NCBI RefSeq assembly: GCF_006345805.1
Contig: NC_042999.1
Span: 94,860,001-94,924,000 of the forward strand
DNA length: 64,000 nt
Reading direction: 5' to 3'
Origin: Octopus sinensis
Lineage: Eukaryota
Shown here: in pieces, positions 40,284-52,545 of the stretch
Numbering within the stretch: position 1 is the stretch's first letter
How the letters are laid out: each line of letters starts with the position of its first letter
Position numbers and translations under genes: made by a program
The notes under the pieces: model-generated
Seen by the model: the letters and a program-made list of their open reading frames with translations, nothing else
The model's database searches: none
What the model was told of the DNA's origin: nothing

Positions 40284-40485
40284 AGGCAGCGAGCTGGTAG
40301 AAACGTCAACACACCGGGCGAAATGCTTAACGATATTCCGTCTGTCTTTACGTTCTCTGTTCAAATTCTGGCGAGGTCGACTTTGCCTTTCGGGGTCGAT
40401 AAATTAAGTACCAGTTGCGTACTGAGGTCGGTCTAATCGACTGGTTCCCTCCCCCAAAATTTCGGGCCTTGTGCCTAGAGTAAAA
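40284..40485 (+). mobile_element. Family-A SINE
   Basis: GGCAGCGAGCTGGTAGAAACG...GGTCGACTTTGCCTTTCGGGGTCGATAAATTAAGTACCAG...AAATTTCGGGCCTTGTGCC. Confidence 0.88.
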
Positions 40486-40821
40486 AAAAACATATACATA
40501 ACATCATAGATAATTGTTGCATTATCAATTCTAAGAAATACGCCTTAAATGGAATAGTTCATTCAAGGCATACTTCACCAGTATACATTCATCATTATTA
40601 CTCTAATGATCATTAGGAGTGTGACTGCTAATTGTTATAGTGGCAGAGAAGCAGTGGTATGTTGCCTTAGCTTGTGCTATAGTCTTACTGCCATATACCA
40701 TGATGTCCGTAGGAAAGCCATTAACTGTGGAAGCAGTTGTTCTAGAGGAATAATTGTTCGCGTTTTTGTTCAGACAATTTTGGAACGCAATTATTTTTAT
40801 CTCTTCTTTGAATAAAGTTAC

Positions 40822-40878
40822 ATTCATTAATTATCTTCCTGGGTTCAACAAATAGTGCTTGCTGACATAACTGTTTAG
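40822..40878 (-). CDS. Candidate 57-nt internal exon (phase 1-1)
   Basis: Acceptor ATTATTTTACAG, frame xKQLCQQALFVEPRKIINE, weak donor GTAACT; alternatively reads on to a stop at 40742. Confidence 0.25.
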
Positions 40879-42039
40879 CTGTAAAATAATTCAAATCTGC
40901 GTGCAACCCCCACCCCAGGGTATTTTTAATCTATTCATACTTAACAGTGCGGTTTTGTTTTGTCCTTTTATAGCAATGAAAGAAATAATTCAGTTCATAC
41001 CTTCAAGAAAAAGGCATTTATATTTAGTTTCTTTTATAACTAGAAGTAAAGCGAGTCAGTTCACATCTTATGATGTTTAATTTTATTGTTGATATTTCCG
41101 TATTCAGACTTGTTATTTGTCACAAATCATTACATTGTAAATTCAACTATATGTGTAAAATCACTAGGATTTTGAATAAAAGCCTCCCCCCAGTGATTGT
41201 AAATGGCTGTAAGGAATACTCATTTCTAACTTCCAGCTATCGGAACCTGTCGTTAATTATTATCTTCGTCATTCTCCCTATGTCCATTTCTCTTCTCACT
41301 AATCAGTAGTAGTTTTAATACACCCTTGCCTGCCTCCTAGAGAGAGACTTATCCACGTCGCATCCTAGTGCATCCTGAACGTTGAGAAACAGTGGAAACA
41401 TTTTTGCTTCACCAATGTTGAAACATTTGATTGTTAAACATGGGAAACACCAGTTAATTTTCTTCGTTTTTGGTTCCATCTAACTTATTAGTAGTGTAGT
41501 TCAATCTAACCATAAATTTCCTGGAGATTGCTGTTTCACTACTTGCAAGATTTATAACACCTTTATCATGTCTTGTGTAATGAATAATTTAAGTCGCTCA
41601 CACACTGCAGTACATTAACAACACAGATGATACAACCGTCTACTAATATTTAATAGTTTTGATATTTGTATCATCAAAATACAACCTAGAAATTAGTGTT
41701 AATTCTTGGAACACAGGCCTGGAAAATATGAAGATATTATTTTACGGTAATAACAATGTATCTCATTCAACAGCACTAAAACGCGTTTACTAAGTTACTA
41801 TGCATATAAATAAACATATGTACAGGGCACATTCCCTCAACAAACTAAACTCGCTAACGCATACATGACTTCCTTCAGTATTACGGATTTCTGAATGCGT
41901 TCCTGAAACTGTATCCTTGTTTTCTGGTTTTTATTGTTTTTCTTCTTTCTTTTATTCCATCTTTCAGGTTTTATAGTAATCTAATATTGTTAAAACTGTA
42001 TCTCAATGACCACACTAATTCAGAGAGGACATTTCGTCC

Positions 42040-42360
42040 GTATCAGACTTTAACTTTCTATAAAATGCGAATCTCACAGGAATATTGACTATATCTAGCA
42101 CAGGTCTATTTTAATGTACCCACCACATATTACACGAGTTTTATACATCCAAGTCTACACCAAAAATGGACACCTATCTGATATACTCACCAGTACACTG
42201 TAACAAAAATCCAGAACACATACAGCCTTCTGTGTCTTTTCGAGTGCTGCTTCTAAGGATATGCACTACTGTACTAACACTCACCCCTTATGTATCAGCT
42301 TCCCGTTCTCTTGTCAAATCTTTAGTAAAGTCTTTGCTCGATACCCCTGCCTGAAAACTT
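42040..42360 (+). mobile_element. Penelope-like element fragment
   Basis: DTYLIYS...NPEHIQPSVSFRVLLLRICT resembles the PLE YL..S.HP.H...SI...LR..RIC motif. Confidence 0.55.
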
Positions 42361-42482
42361 TTATCTTCTGAATGTTGCGCTGCTCCGTATTTATCCAACA
42401 TCAATATTAGCATAAAGAAGAGTCTCAAGTACTTATTTTCTTTCTCCATTCTTAACCCCTCTTCTCCTCTGACAAATTAAGG

Positions 42483-42728
42483 AATTTCAGGCCTAATGCC
42501 TATAATAGAAATTATCATTATTATTATCATTATTACACACGCATATCTGTAACAAATAACAACGAAAGTGCGACCTGCCCATATTTATCTCAGGATAACA
42601 TTAAGGAATATGTTATCCTGAGATAAATATGGGCAGGTCGCACTTTCGTTGTTATTTGTTACAGATATGCGTGTGTAATAATGATAATAATAATGATAAT
42701 TTCTATTATAGGCATTAGGCCTGAAATT
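42483..42728. repeat. Perfect 119-bp inverted repeat with an 8-nt spacer
   Basis: 42483-42601 is the exact reverse complement of 42610-42728, checked block by block. Confidence 0.97.
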
Positions 42729-43125
42729 TTGGGGGAGAGAGTTAGTCGATAACATCGACCCCTAGTGTTTTACAGGTACTTAATTTATTGACCCTGAAAG
42801 CATTAAAGATAAGTCGACCTCGACAGAATTTGAACTCACAATTTAAAGACGGGAAAAATATCACTAAGCAATTTTCCCGGCGTGCTAACATATCCCAAAG
42901 TATATCGCTGTTTTCAATGGTTTCAAATTTTGGCACAACGCCAGCAGATTTGGGGAAGGGGATAAGTCGATTACATCGACTCCAGTGTTTAACTGGTACT
43001 ATTTTATCAACCCTGAAAAGATACAAAACTGACCTCGGCCAAATTTGAACTCAGAACGTAGAGACGGACGAAATGCCGCTAAGCATTTTGACCTGTGCGG
43101 TAACGATTCTGCTAGCTCGCCGCTT
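42690..43125 (-). mobile_element. Two tandem family-A SINEs (about 42690-42890 and 42915-43125)
   Basis: Each has GTCGAT.ACATCGAC, GGTACT.ATTT, GACCTCG..AATTTGAACTCA; the second ends at GCTAGCTCGCCGC. Confidence 0.85.
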
Positions 43126-43289
43126 AAAAATAATAATAATAATCATCATCATCATCATCATAATAATGATAATAATAATTAGGCCATTGAACATCAATCC
43201 ACTTATAAATACCAGAAAATACTTGAAGGAAATAGAATTAAACACAGCTATTTGAAAGAAACCACAAGGAAAAAGTACCTGCGGTGAGT

Positions 43290-44310
43290 GAGAAAAAATA
43301 AGAAGAAAACTGATAAGTGTGCAAGACTTCGCATGTATCGAACTCGGGAGCTTAAGGAGAAACATATCCCAAAGTAAGGAAAACTTGCTAGTCTCAGCTA
43401 GGAATGAGGGAGTATTGAAAGCAGAGAAAAATGGAAAAACAAAGGAAGAAGTACAAAAAGGACATGAAGAAGTATTATGCAACAAGAGACTACCCAATCA
43501 ATTCCATAGAGCCACAACAGAAGTTGCTGGAAAACTTAGGTGGGATTGGCTCAAGAAAGGAACATTGAAAAAGTGACTGAGAGCATTATAGTGGCAGTGC
43601 AAGACCAAGCTTTGGCCACGAATTGGAAGGTTAACCTTAGGAATGAGTAGGTGTCTCCGCTGTGTTGCATCTGTAATAGAATGGATGAAACCATTGCCCA
43701 TATCTCGTTCGAATCCCTTAGACTTGCCCAAAACCACTCCAAGTTCTGACGACACGATAAGGTAGCGAACGTGCTACATTGGAAACTGAGTGAAAAGTGG
43801 GGGCTAGAGAAAGGCAAGCACAAGAAAGCACAAACCGCAGAGAGTGGCGGAGTCGAAGACTTGCAAAATCGGTCGGGATTTACCAATCCAAACTGATCAG
43901 GTGCTAGAGTATAACAGACCAGACTTAGTTGTGGTCGACAAGATGCACCACAATTTTTATATAGTTGATGTTGCATGCTGCTTCGATTCACGGATAGTCA
44001 AGAAGTAAGTCGAAAAAATATAAATATACAATCCTCTTAAGTACGAAATAGTCCGAATATGGATAATGAAAAAGGTGAAGATAGTGTCAGTTATTTTTGT
44101 GCCCTTGGGGAAAGTATTTGAAGGCATCAAGAGGAATATAAAAGAAATTGGAATAGAGTGCCCAGTAGAACTGTTAGAAAACTTTTGACTCCTCGACACG
44201 GCCAGAATAATCAGGAACATATTAGATAGTTGAAAAGAACAAATAGCATGGTACTGTAAGCAAGCCTGCTACACATGCATGACTCTAGGAGTTCCGACAA
44301 AACCGACGAC
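43290..44310 (+). mobile_element. RLE-type LINE 3' portion, same family as 28570-29340
   Basis: PNQFHRATTEVAGKLRWDWLKKGTLKK, CRCVA, HDKVANVLHWKL, RPDLVVVDK, IVDVACCFD, LLDTARIIRNILDS*. Confidence 0.88.
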
Positions 44311-44339
44311 GACGACGATGATGATGATGATGATGGAGC

Positions 44340-44530
44340 ATCACAACAAATCACAGCACATACCTAAGGCACACAGAGTAGTGAAGTGAAAGCACGCTAT
44401 AAAAATAAAACTACTGAATAATAATAATAATTGGTAGAAAAAACAATAATAAGACAAGAAATTTCCTAACGATGTATGGAGTCCGTCATCCACATGCAAA
44501 CACTGAACACCTATATATGATATTTTTCTT
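44340..44530 (+). mobile_element. Short LINE 3'-UTR copy (44340-44430) plus a thumb fragment (44445-44530)
   Basis: ACAAATCACAGCACATACCTAAGGCACA...GTGAAAGCACG.TATAAAAATAA is the reverse complement of the 16670/24590 ends; NKTRNFLTMYGVRHPHANTEHLY. Confidence 0.7.
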
Positions 44531-45189
44531 TTCAATTATCTAATACTTTCCTGATTATTTTGGCCTCGTCGAGGAGGCAAAAATTATTGTTTTTCGTACC
44601 AGTAATAACAAACAGGTTGAATTACTTATTTTCAAGGCCAGAGGTCGCTAGTAGTAGTAAACACATTTGACCCCTGGTGACCCGACGGATACACAGTTTC
44701 TTTTGTCTCTATTGCTGACCTCACTACCATCTGCCGAATCTATCTATAGATTTGTAGAATATGTTCTATTCACCAACCTGCTACCCAACTATTTCCTTCA
44801 GCAACAACATATTTATGATTATCTCAAGTACAAGACAAAAGTTGAAAATAAAGAACAATTAGTAAATGGAATCAGTCATATTGACAATAACAATGGTATT
44901 GGTGATGATGATAATAATAATAATAATAATAACAATAATAATAATAATATGCTGCAGCTGCTAATGCTACAGTTACTACTATTATGATAGCACAGGAATC
45001 TGAGGCCCAACTACCACCCTTACCAATACCTCCACGCCTGTTACTGCTGCTGTCAGCACTGTTTCTACTACACGTAAAAACAATAATATCAGTGATATCA
45101 GTGAGGATAATAATAATAATGAAAGGAAACGGGTGGAGCATCTCATGGACTGATTAATGGTACATCTAGTGATGGAGTCACAATAAAAA

Positions 45190-47260
45190 CACTGGTAATT
45201 GCGCAATCTAATAATCGCTACCGCATATGAGTGACAATGAAAAAACAAAATATTGTGAATAACGGTGGTAATGAAACTGAAGCCAATAATGGTGACAGTG
45301 TTGCACCCGGCAGGCTCAGAGATTCGGGTCCGGATCCAGCCTGTCGATATCCAGAAAGGGACCACCACACACGGCGTTGATGGAGCAAGCATATTGATGC
45401 TGTGGTCATGGAGTGTTACTACTTGAGGAGCCCGCTAAATGAAAATGGTGATCAAATTAGGGGTTACCGACAACGTATGTATGATCATTGGATAGAAAAG
45501 GGATTGTTTCAATTCACGGAACAAAGACTATGTGATCAAACTAAAGTAAAAGGAAAAAATCGTTGGTTCATAAAAGTAGAGCTCGAAGCTACCAAAAGAC
45601 GGGTCTTGGAAATAGCAGTACAGGTGACGATGAAAACAGAGGTCTTGCTAATAAGAATAATGGCAAAGCAAAGGAAAGGAGCAGTGGTAGTTTACTTGAT
45701 GAGAGACGTATAGATGATCTAAAAGAAGACAATAAAACCAATGGCGGCATGACAGGTGAACAAAAGGCAATCTACGACAGAATAAAGGCAAGAATACAGG
45801 AGAACGGGGTATACTTTCAGTGCTGATATCAGAATGGATTTCGGACTGAGAAAATGTGGTCTGGCAGTCTTGAAGAGAGGCAACATCAAATGTATGAACG
45901 AGCTATCGATACCGTCAGGGGAGGTTATGAAGCAGATAGAAGAGACGGGCTATAAGTACTTGGGAATTTAGGAAGTGGATAAATTGATGGAGAAAGAAAT
46001 GACAGAAAAATTTAAGGTGGAGTACTTGCGCAGATAGATTCTGATCCTTAAGTCGAAATTAAACGAACGGAATAAGATCGAAGCTATCAACACCTGGGCG
46101 GATTCACACCTTAAATATGGAGCAGGGGTAATCGCATCAACAGTAGACGAACTAAACACCTTAGACAGAAAGACAAGGAAGTTGCTAACTGGATATGAGT
46201 TACTCCACCCAAAAAGATATACAGACAGATTCTATGTACCAAGAGCAGAAGAAAACAACATAGCATGTAAAAAACATAGTATGTAAAAAATGCCACAGAA
46301 CAGCTAATATTAGAAGTAAGAAGGTTGGGCTTGTGTAGGATGAACGATTGCAAATATAAAGCACAATACAAGAAATTGAAAACGAATGAAACTCAAAATA
46401 GGTGGGTAAAGAAAAGAATGCAAGGTCAAATTCATAGGGATGTTGAAGATAATTTAGACAGAGAAAAGAGATGGCTGTGGACGACTAAATGTGATTTGAA
46501 ACCGGAAACGGAGGCTCTAATCTGTGCTGCCCAAGAGCAATTACTATGAACAAACTATATAAAATACAGAATAGACAACACAGCAGAAAGTGATAAATGC
46601 AGAATCTGTAGACAAAACAGTGAAGCCATATGGCATATTACCAGCCAATGTATGCCTCTAGCGCAGAAGTAACATAAGAGACGCCACGACAATATAGACA
46701 GGTTTGTCCATTGAATACTCTGCAACAAGTAAGGATTTGACTGAGCAAAATATTGGTACGACCACAAACATGAAGTCATTGTCGAAAATAGAAATGCAAA
46801 GATCCTATGCGATTTCATGATTCAGTGCGACCATGAGATAGAGAATAGGAAGCCGGACAGTCCTTAATTGAGAAAGAAAACAAACTATGCTGGATTATAG
46901 ATATAGCATGCCCAGCTGACAGCAAGGTATGCGATACGTAAGATAGAAATGTCGATAGATATGACAGGTTAGCTTGGGAAGTTAAGCATTTGTGGTCGAT
47001 GAAAAAGGTAGCAGTAGTACCAATAATTGTCGGAGCCCTGGGAACAGTGAGAAAAAATCACGAGAAGTACGTGGAACAAATAGAGGCTGAAATAAGGGTG
47101 GTGCACTTGCAGGAAATAGCATTGCTTAGAACCGCTCAAATACTCCGGAAGGTGCTCGAAAATTAAGGGGTGTTACATTAGTTCACTGGTAGTGAACAGC
47201 TGACAACATAGTACACCTCCAGCGTTAGAAGCAGTGCAAAGGCATTGGTAATGATGATGA
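45190..47260 (+). mobile_element. RLE-type (R4/Dong-like) LINE with both ends, most of the RT deleted
   Basis: VVMECYYL...GYRQRMYDHWIEKGLFQFTEQRLCDQ joined near 45820 to DIRMDFGLRKCG; LKPETEALICAAQEQ; DKCRIC...HITSQC...RHDNI; IIDIACPAD; VPIIVGALG; ALLRTAQILRKVLEN*; (GAT)n tail. Confidence 0.92.
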
Positions 47261-48739
47261 TGATAAAAGAAATACGCTATGATGAGCGCACTATCTTAAA
47301 ACCGAGTGACAAAAACAGATTTACAAAACGGGTTTCTTGAATCAACATGAAAAATTGCTTTCTTAGAGTTATGTATTTCCCCGTAATCCCTCGGCATTTT
47401 AAATTATGAAAAACATTTCAACCTTGATCTCTTTCAGCATTTATTGTTTTTTATCCGCTTCCTACTATCTACCATCACTCAAACATATTTGCAATAATAT
47501 CCCTTCTTTTCACTTTTCCATCTTTCACATATCGAAGTTCTTTTCACTTAATTTTTGTTACATATTTTCCATTCACGTTTCGTTAATCTCTCTCTCCTGT
47601 CACTTATTTCATGCGTAATCTACAAACAATTACAAGCATTCTTTCTTTCTATAGTCATTTTTAATTAACTAATTATTGCAATAGCTATAATATACCTAAT
47701 GATATGCGAGTGCATGTATGTATGCATGTATAATGTACGTGCGTACGTTTCCGCAACATTCATGCAATCTCCAGCAAAAGTATGACTGCTGTTTCATCTT
47801 GTGCTGCAACAGTAAACACTTAAAATACTCCTAAGAGATATATTTCAGTGAATGTAAACGTGATACTCTGTGACCATTTCCTCAGAAAGGTCAGCTTTCG
47901 ATTTTATAACTTCATTGACCAATGAAACAGATGAAAAAATGGGGAACAGATGAAAAAAAAAGTAAACCTAGAAAACCCAGTCTCAAAAATGGAAGTTCCC
48001 ATTTGCTAAAATACCAGCTCGTTTATGAATCAATGCCTTCACGTTGAAGGAAAAGCGCAATGTACTGAACGTTTTGTCAATTGGCCAACACGAAAATCAA
48101 TTCCAACTTTGTCAACCTTTCACGCTTATAGTTTATACTTCAACTCTTGCTTTTAAACAGATGGGATATGGTTTATGTTATTCATAATCCCTGCCTTAAT
48201 TTAGCCTGCTCATATCATTAATGTTTTTTTTCCTTAATGCGGTTTTATTCTTTCCTTTTTCATAATATTCCATAAATCAATTTCAGCTCTTCAATTATAA
48301 GATGTAATTTACAAATCTAAACTTTAATTCACAAAAGTAAACGTGTCTAAACTGAAGATTATATTAAAATGAGGTATGTGTAAGTAATAATATTAAGTTA
48401 GAAAAGGATTTTGATAGATATTTTCTTTATATTTTCTTTATATTTTCTTTATATTTTCTTACATTCTGTTATGTAATTTCCCATGTAATTTTCTTGAAAT
48501 CCGCCGATTCATGTATGAAAATAACATTGTTAATATTTCCTACAAACTCAACATCAATTCCGTTTTATTACATTAACCATCGATCAATATTTATTACTCT
48601 TGGTAGAGCGCTAAACACAATCCCATTTTATTTCTCGAGTTCTACACCTTTACATTGCATTCTTCGAAAGGTACGAATGTTGCTATAATCCACATCCAAA
48701 TGTCGTTGCTTTTCTATTTAAACTACAGATATTTTGTGC

Positions 48740-49700
48740 CTGTCTAACTTCCTATTTTACTCGCAAGCCTGATGGTAAGTCTCCCCTCCAAGATCTTCGA
48801 CACTTACCTCGTCCTCCGCCTCTTCAACTTCTTTTCCCCTCTGCTGACTTATTATTTATTTATATACCATCCTTCACGACGAGTGACCCTGCACCCTCCT
48901 TCACTTCCAGTATTTCTGTACCATTTTTATTTATGCACCTCTGTTTACCTCCTTTTATCCTAAATTGCTTTTGATCTCTGTTCTTTCTCTGGTTGATCAG
49001 TAGATCATTTGGATGCCCATTACCAAAGAATGGACATCTAACTTCACAATTCTGTTTATTGGTTACGTTGACACGAAACGTTTTTCGTCGTTCACTGGTC
49101 CGATCCCAGAACTAAACGATGAACATTCGTTATATTGGTACCTCTTCTCAGCCCTGTGGAAAACTAAACATTCTTCTTCGTCGGCGCTCTTCATCTTTCC
49201 CTATATCAGACACTTCACTCAATTTTCTTGACATTACTGTTTCTATTGACTCTTCATTCTCATTCTTTCCATCTATGTTTTTCTCTATTCTCACCGACAC
49301 TCCCCTCTACTCACACCAAGCACACCATCTCTTGTCAATCTCTTCCCAATGCCTTCCTCTCGATCATCTCTCTCCCTGCAACCATGACTTGAAAATCAGG
49401 TTCAACCCTTATTCAAACCACGCTTATTCGCGCCAATGCAACCTATTACATCTCCGCCCATTGATGTAGCATTGACCCATCCCCGATCCACTATCTCCTT
49501 TTTCTCTCTCCTACCACCTCTCCATCCTATCCCTCTACTTCTTCAGCTGTCTATAAGCGGTCTGCATCAACTTCTGTTTCTTTTCACTTTCTTTTCTTTA
49601 ACCATGTCTACAACAACTGCAACCACTTTGTTTAGAGATACATCTCTACAACCCATCCGTCACTTGGAACCTTTCTGCTCTACACGGTGACATGCCTTTC
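48740..49700 (+). mobile_element. Penelope-like element RT, heavily decayed
   Basis: LFIGYVDTKRFSSFTGPIPEL, RYI, ISDTSLNFLDITVSI. Confidence 0.7.
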
Positions 49701-50929
49701 CCTTATACACACACTCTCAAACACGCTGTCAAAACATTCTACCATTTCTCACTTTGACAATCGCACTCATCAGACTCTGGACACATACATTTATTCATTG
49801 ACACACACGTACACTCTAAGTCACTCATTCACTTTTTAACACCATGCTTGGCACCTTGCTTGGCACCTTTGGATCATCCACTTCTGATCACCACCTTTCA
49901 CTTTTACTTGATTGTTTGACTGACACTATGACCAGTTATATCCACCCAAACTCTGATACATATGTTCATCGATCATTTCCTCCCTTTGCATTAGCTTTCC
50001 TCTCAAAACTTTCTTCCTTTTATCGTTCCAGTAAGCACGTATGGTCCCAATTTTCAAGCTTTCACTTATTACCATTTTGAATGTTTTACCATCTTAACAA
50101 TGTGAGTATTTGCTCTCTGGATAAAACTTTTCCTTCGTTATATGTTTCCATATCCAAAACTATGACTCTTTTTTTCTGTAATACGGATCAAGCAAACAAT
50201 ACATTCATGTTCGTCTATCGAAACCCTCTTACACTATTTTTTCGTAAGATCTTTATTCTCATACACAAAAGTACACAGACGCCCCTCACACACACGCACA
50301 CACACACACTTAAGCATAACCCAAAGAATGATTATCTACAAGCACACCGATATCAAGCCCACTTCACTACAAATAACCGCCATCAAACTTACATATATAC
50401 TTATACATACACGACACCAATACCATATCCCTCACATCAATAATTAGTGCACACCCACTATAATAAATAGATCTATATACCAAACCCACCACTCTCCTTG
50501 ACCCTATACCGCATAAATCTGCATTTTCCCTGTTTTTTTTTTTCTCTGTTGTTCACTTTGCCCCTGTATCCTTGCTCCAATTTTAATTCTTTACCTTTTC
50601 AGCGATTCATTTGCGCTCTAATTGAACCTTCTTGGAAAAGTTCAAGTGTGCATTGTTGCACGCATTTCTTGACAGCCATTTTCATCTCGTCTCTCTCACC
50701 AAATCGTTTTCTTTCGATTGCTGCCTCTTGTATTCTGTAGGTCAAGGAGAAGTGACATTATTACACTGCGTAAGCTTTTGTTTCTTCATTATAATGATAC
50801 AGACGCATTTCACCCCTTGTCACCAAAAAGCAAAATAAAAAAGCCCATCATCATTGGCTTCGTAATTTTCCAACAAATTAGGGCAACCTTCCACCCTTCT
50901 CCCCTTCAAAGCGGGTGTAAACTGCTAAA

Positions 50930-51170
50930 GTATGCGCTTTACACATACTTTTGGTACCCAAACTCTTACGCCGCATTCTACAGTTCAGTGCTGCCACAAA
51001 CTCACGGATTTTAATTCATTTGTCTCTCTGAATGAATTTGTAGATTGGTTGTAAGTGATGGTCACTTACTGCGTAATTTGTCTTCAATAGTGGTCCTCTC
51101 CTATAATCTTCTTCATCCATCAATACACATTGATCTTGTCAATGATGTCACTTCTGTAAATAACTTGTCG
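50930..51170 (-). pseudogene. Mariner/Tc1 transposase N-terminal fragment
   Basis: Y*WMKK, GRTTIEDKLRSK*PS (compare GRTS.ED..RSGRPS), QRDK*IKIRE, LGY.KVC. Confidence 0.55.
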
Positions 51171-52384
51171 CCTTCCGTAAATTGGACAGCATTTAGCCCT
51201 CCTTCGTGACGAGTCCATCAACGGCACGTTGTTTATGCTTAGAGCCTTATATACATATGTCTGCATTAAAAACAAGAAGGGAGGAGACTTTCTGTGGGGT
51301 AAATGTTACTGTTTCCAAGTGTGAGAGTTGAATAACTTAAACCTTTACGAAATTATGCCCAATTCAGCATTACTTTCAGCACAATACGTATATATTCACG
51401 GGTTCTGTTTATCATTACTTTCCTTTGTCCAGGAAATACTTCTCTTTCCTCCTTTACTCTTTCAAAAATTTAACATGATTACTTTCGTATCTAATTTTCA
51501 AATTGTACGTAATTTGTTTAGATAAGTTGTTTAGATTGTTTCAACAATCCAAGACTCAACAATCCAAAGCAGGATTCCCTTCATATTAATTTTAAGAGTT
51601 ATTTTTAAGTCACCGTTAGCATCGCAACAAATGGATCCCGAAGACTAGGCTTGCTGTTAACGGTCAGAAAATACTGAACAGTTGCTGATCCTGAGTAACC
51701 ATCAGATCTTAATATCACTGAATTATTGTACGCATATATGGAACAATTATCTTACTATATATACACAGACATGCATAAAGAGCATCCGACAGTAGGCGAT
51801 CAACTGATTCACTCATATGTACACAATAAAATCTCACACAAAATTCATCTACATACCTTCAACGTGGTCGCTAATCTGTCAGTTCCTACTCAAACATTTC
51901 CTTACTGAATTAAAAATAGATGGTGTTGGATAATGGAGTTCTGGGTTCTCGCACACAGGTAAAAGATGGGATAGTTACGGCTGGATTTGCTTCAGCCACA
52001 AACCTGGTCAAAAGTTTTTCTATGGTTACACAAACAGATTTACGTCTCCAAAATAGCTTACTAAAAACTTACTCCACACAAGGCAGCCAATGCACTCGTA
52101 CTTGTTTCTCCATCAATACTGATTTATTTCATTCTCAATATCTAATTGCTACGCAGTTCTTAATCTTCGGAAATCCCTCTGGAATTCCCTACTGATCCAA
52201 GTCATACGTGTTTCCTACAAACTATGAGTAAATTAAACATCAAACGGATCGATGTTATCAATCCCTGCCTGAAAACATTGATAATAACCCTTCCGTTTAG
52301 ACTAGTTCACCACAGGAATTGAAACTACATCTTGGACGCGACTATTTGAATTTATTGAGTGTGTATATGAAACTAAGATGTTAC

Positions 52385-52395
52385 TGCTGCTGCTG

Positions 52396-52494
<99 letters not shown>

Positions 52495-52545
52495 GAGGAG
52501 GAGGAGGAGGAGGAGGAGGAGGAGGAGCAGCAGCAGCAGCAGCAA
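52385..52545. repeat. (GTA)n(GGA)n(GCA)n microsatellite
   Basis: Direct reading. Confidence 0.95.

Noticed and set aside
51906-52003. Minus-strand exon candidate FVAEANPAVTIPSFTCVREPRTPLS, resembling the sulfotransferase DPALNLRIVHLVRDPR motif
   Set aside because: An in-frame TAA lies just before the GTAAGG donor, and its phase does not match the 55951 exon. It works only if the T5 run is a sequencing error, which needs raw reads to test
51920-52195. 91-aa plus-strand ORF of ordinary composition
   Set aside because: No recognisable motif and no linked exons; an ORF of this length can occur by chance in 64 kb
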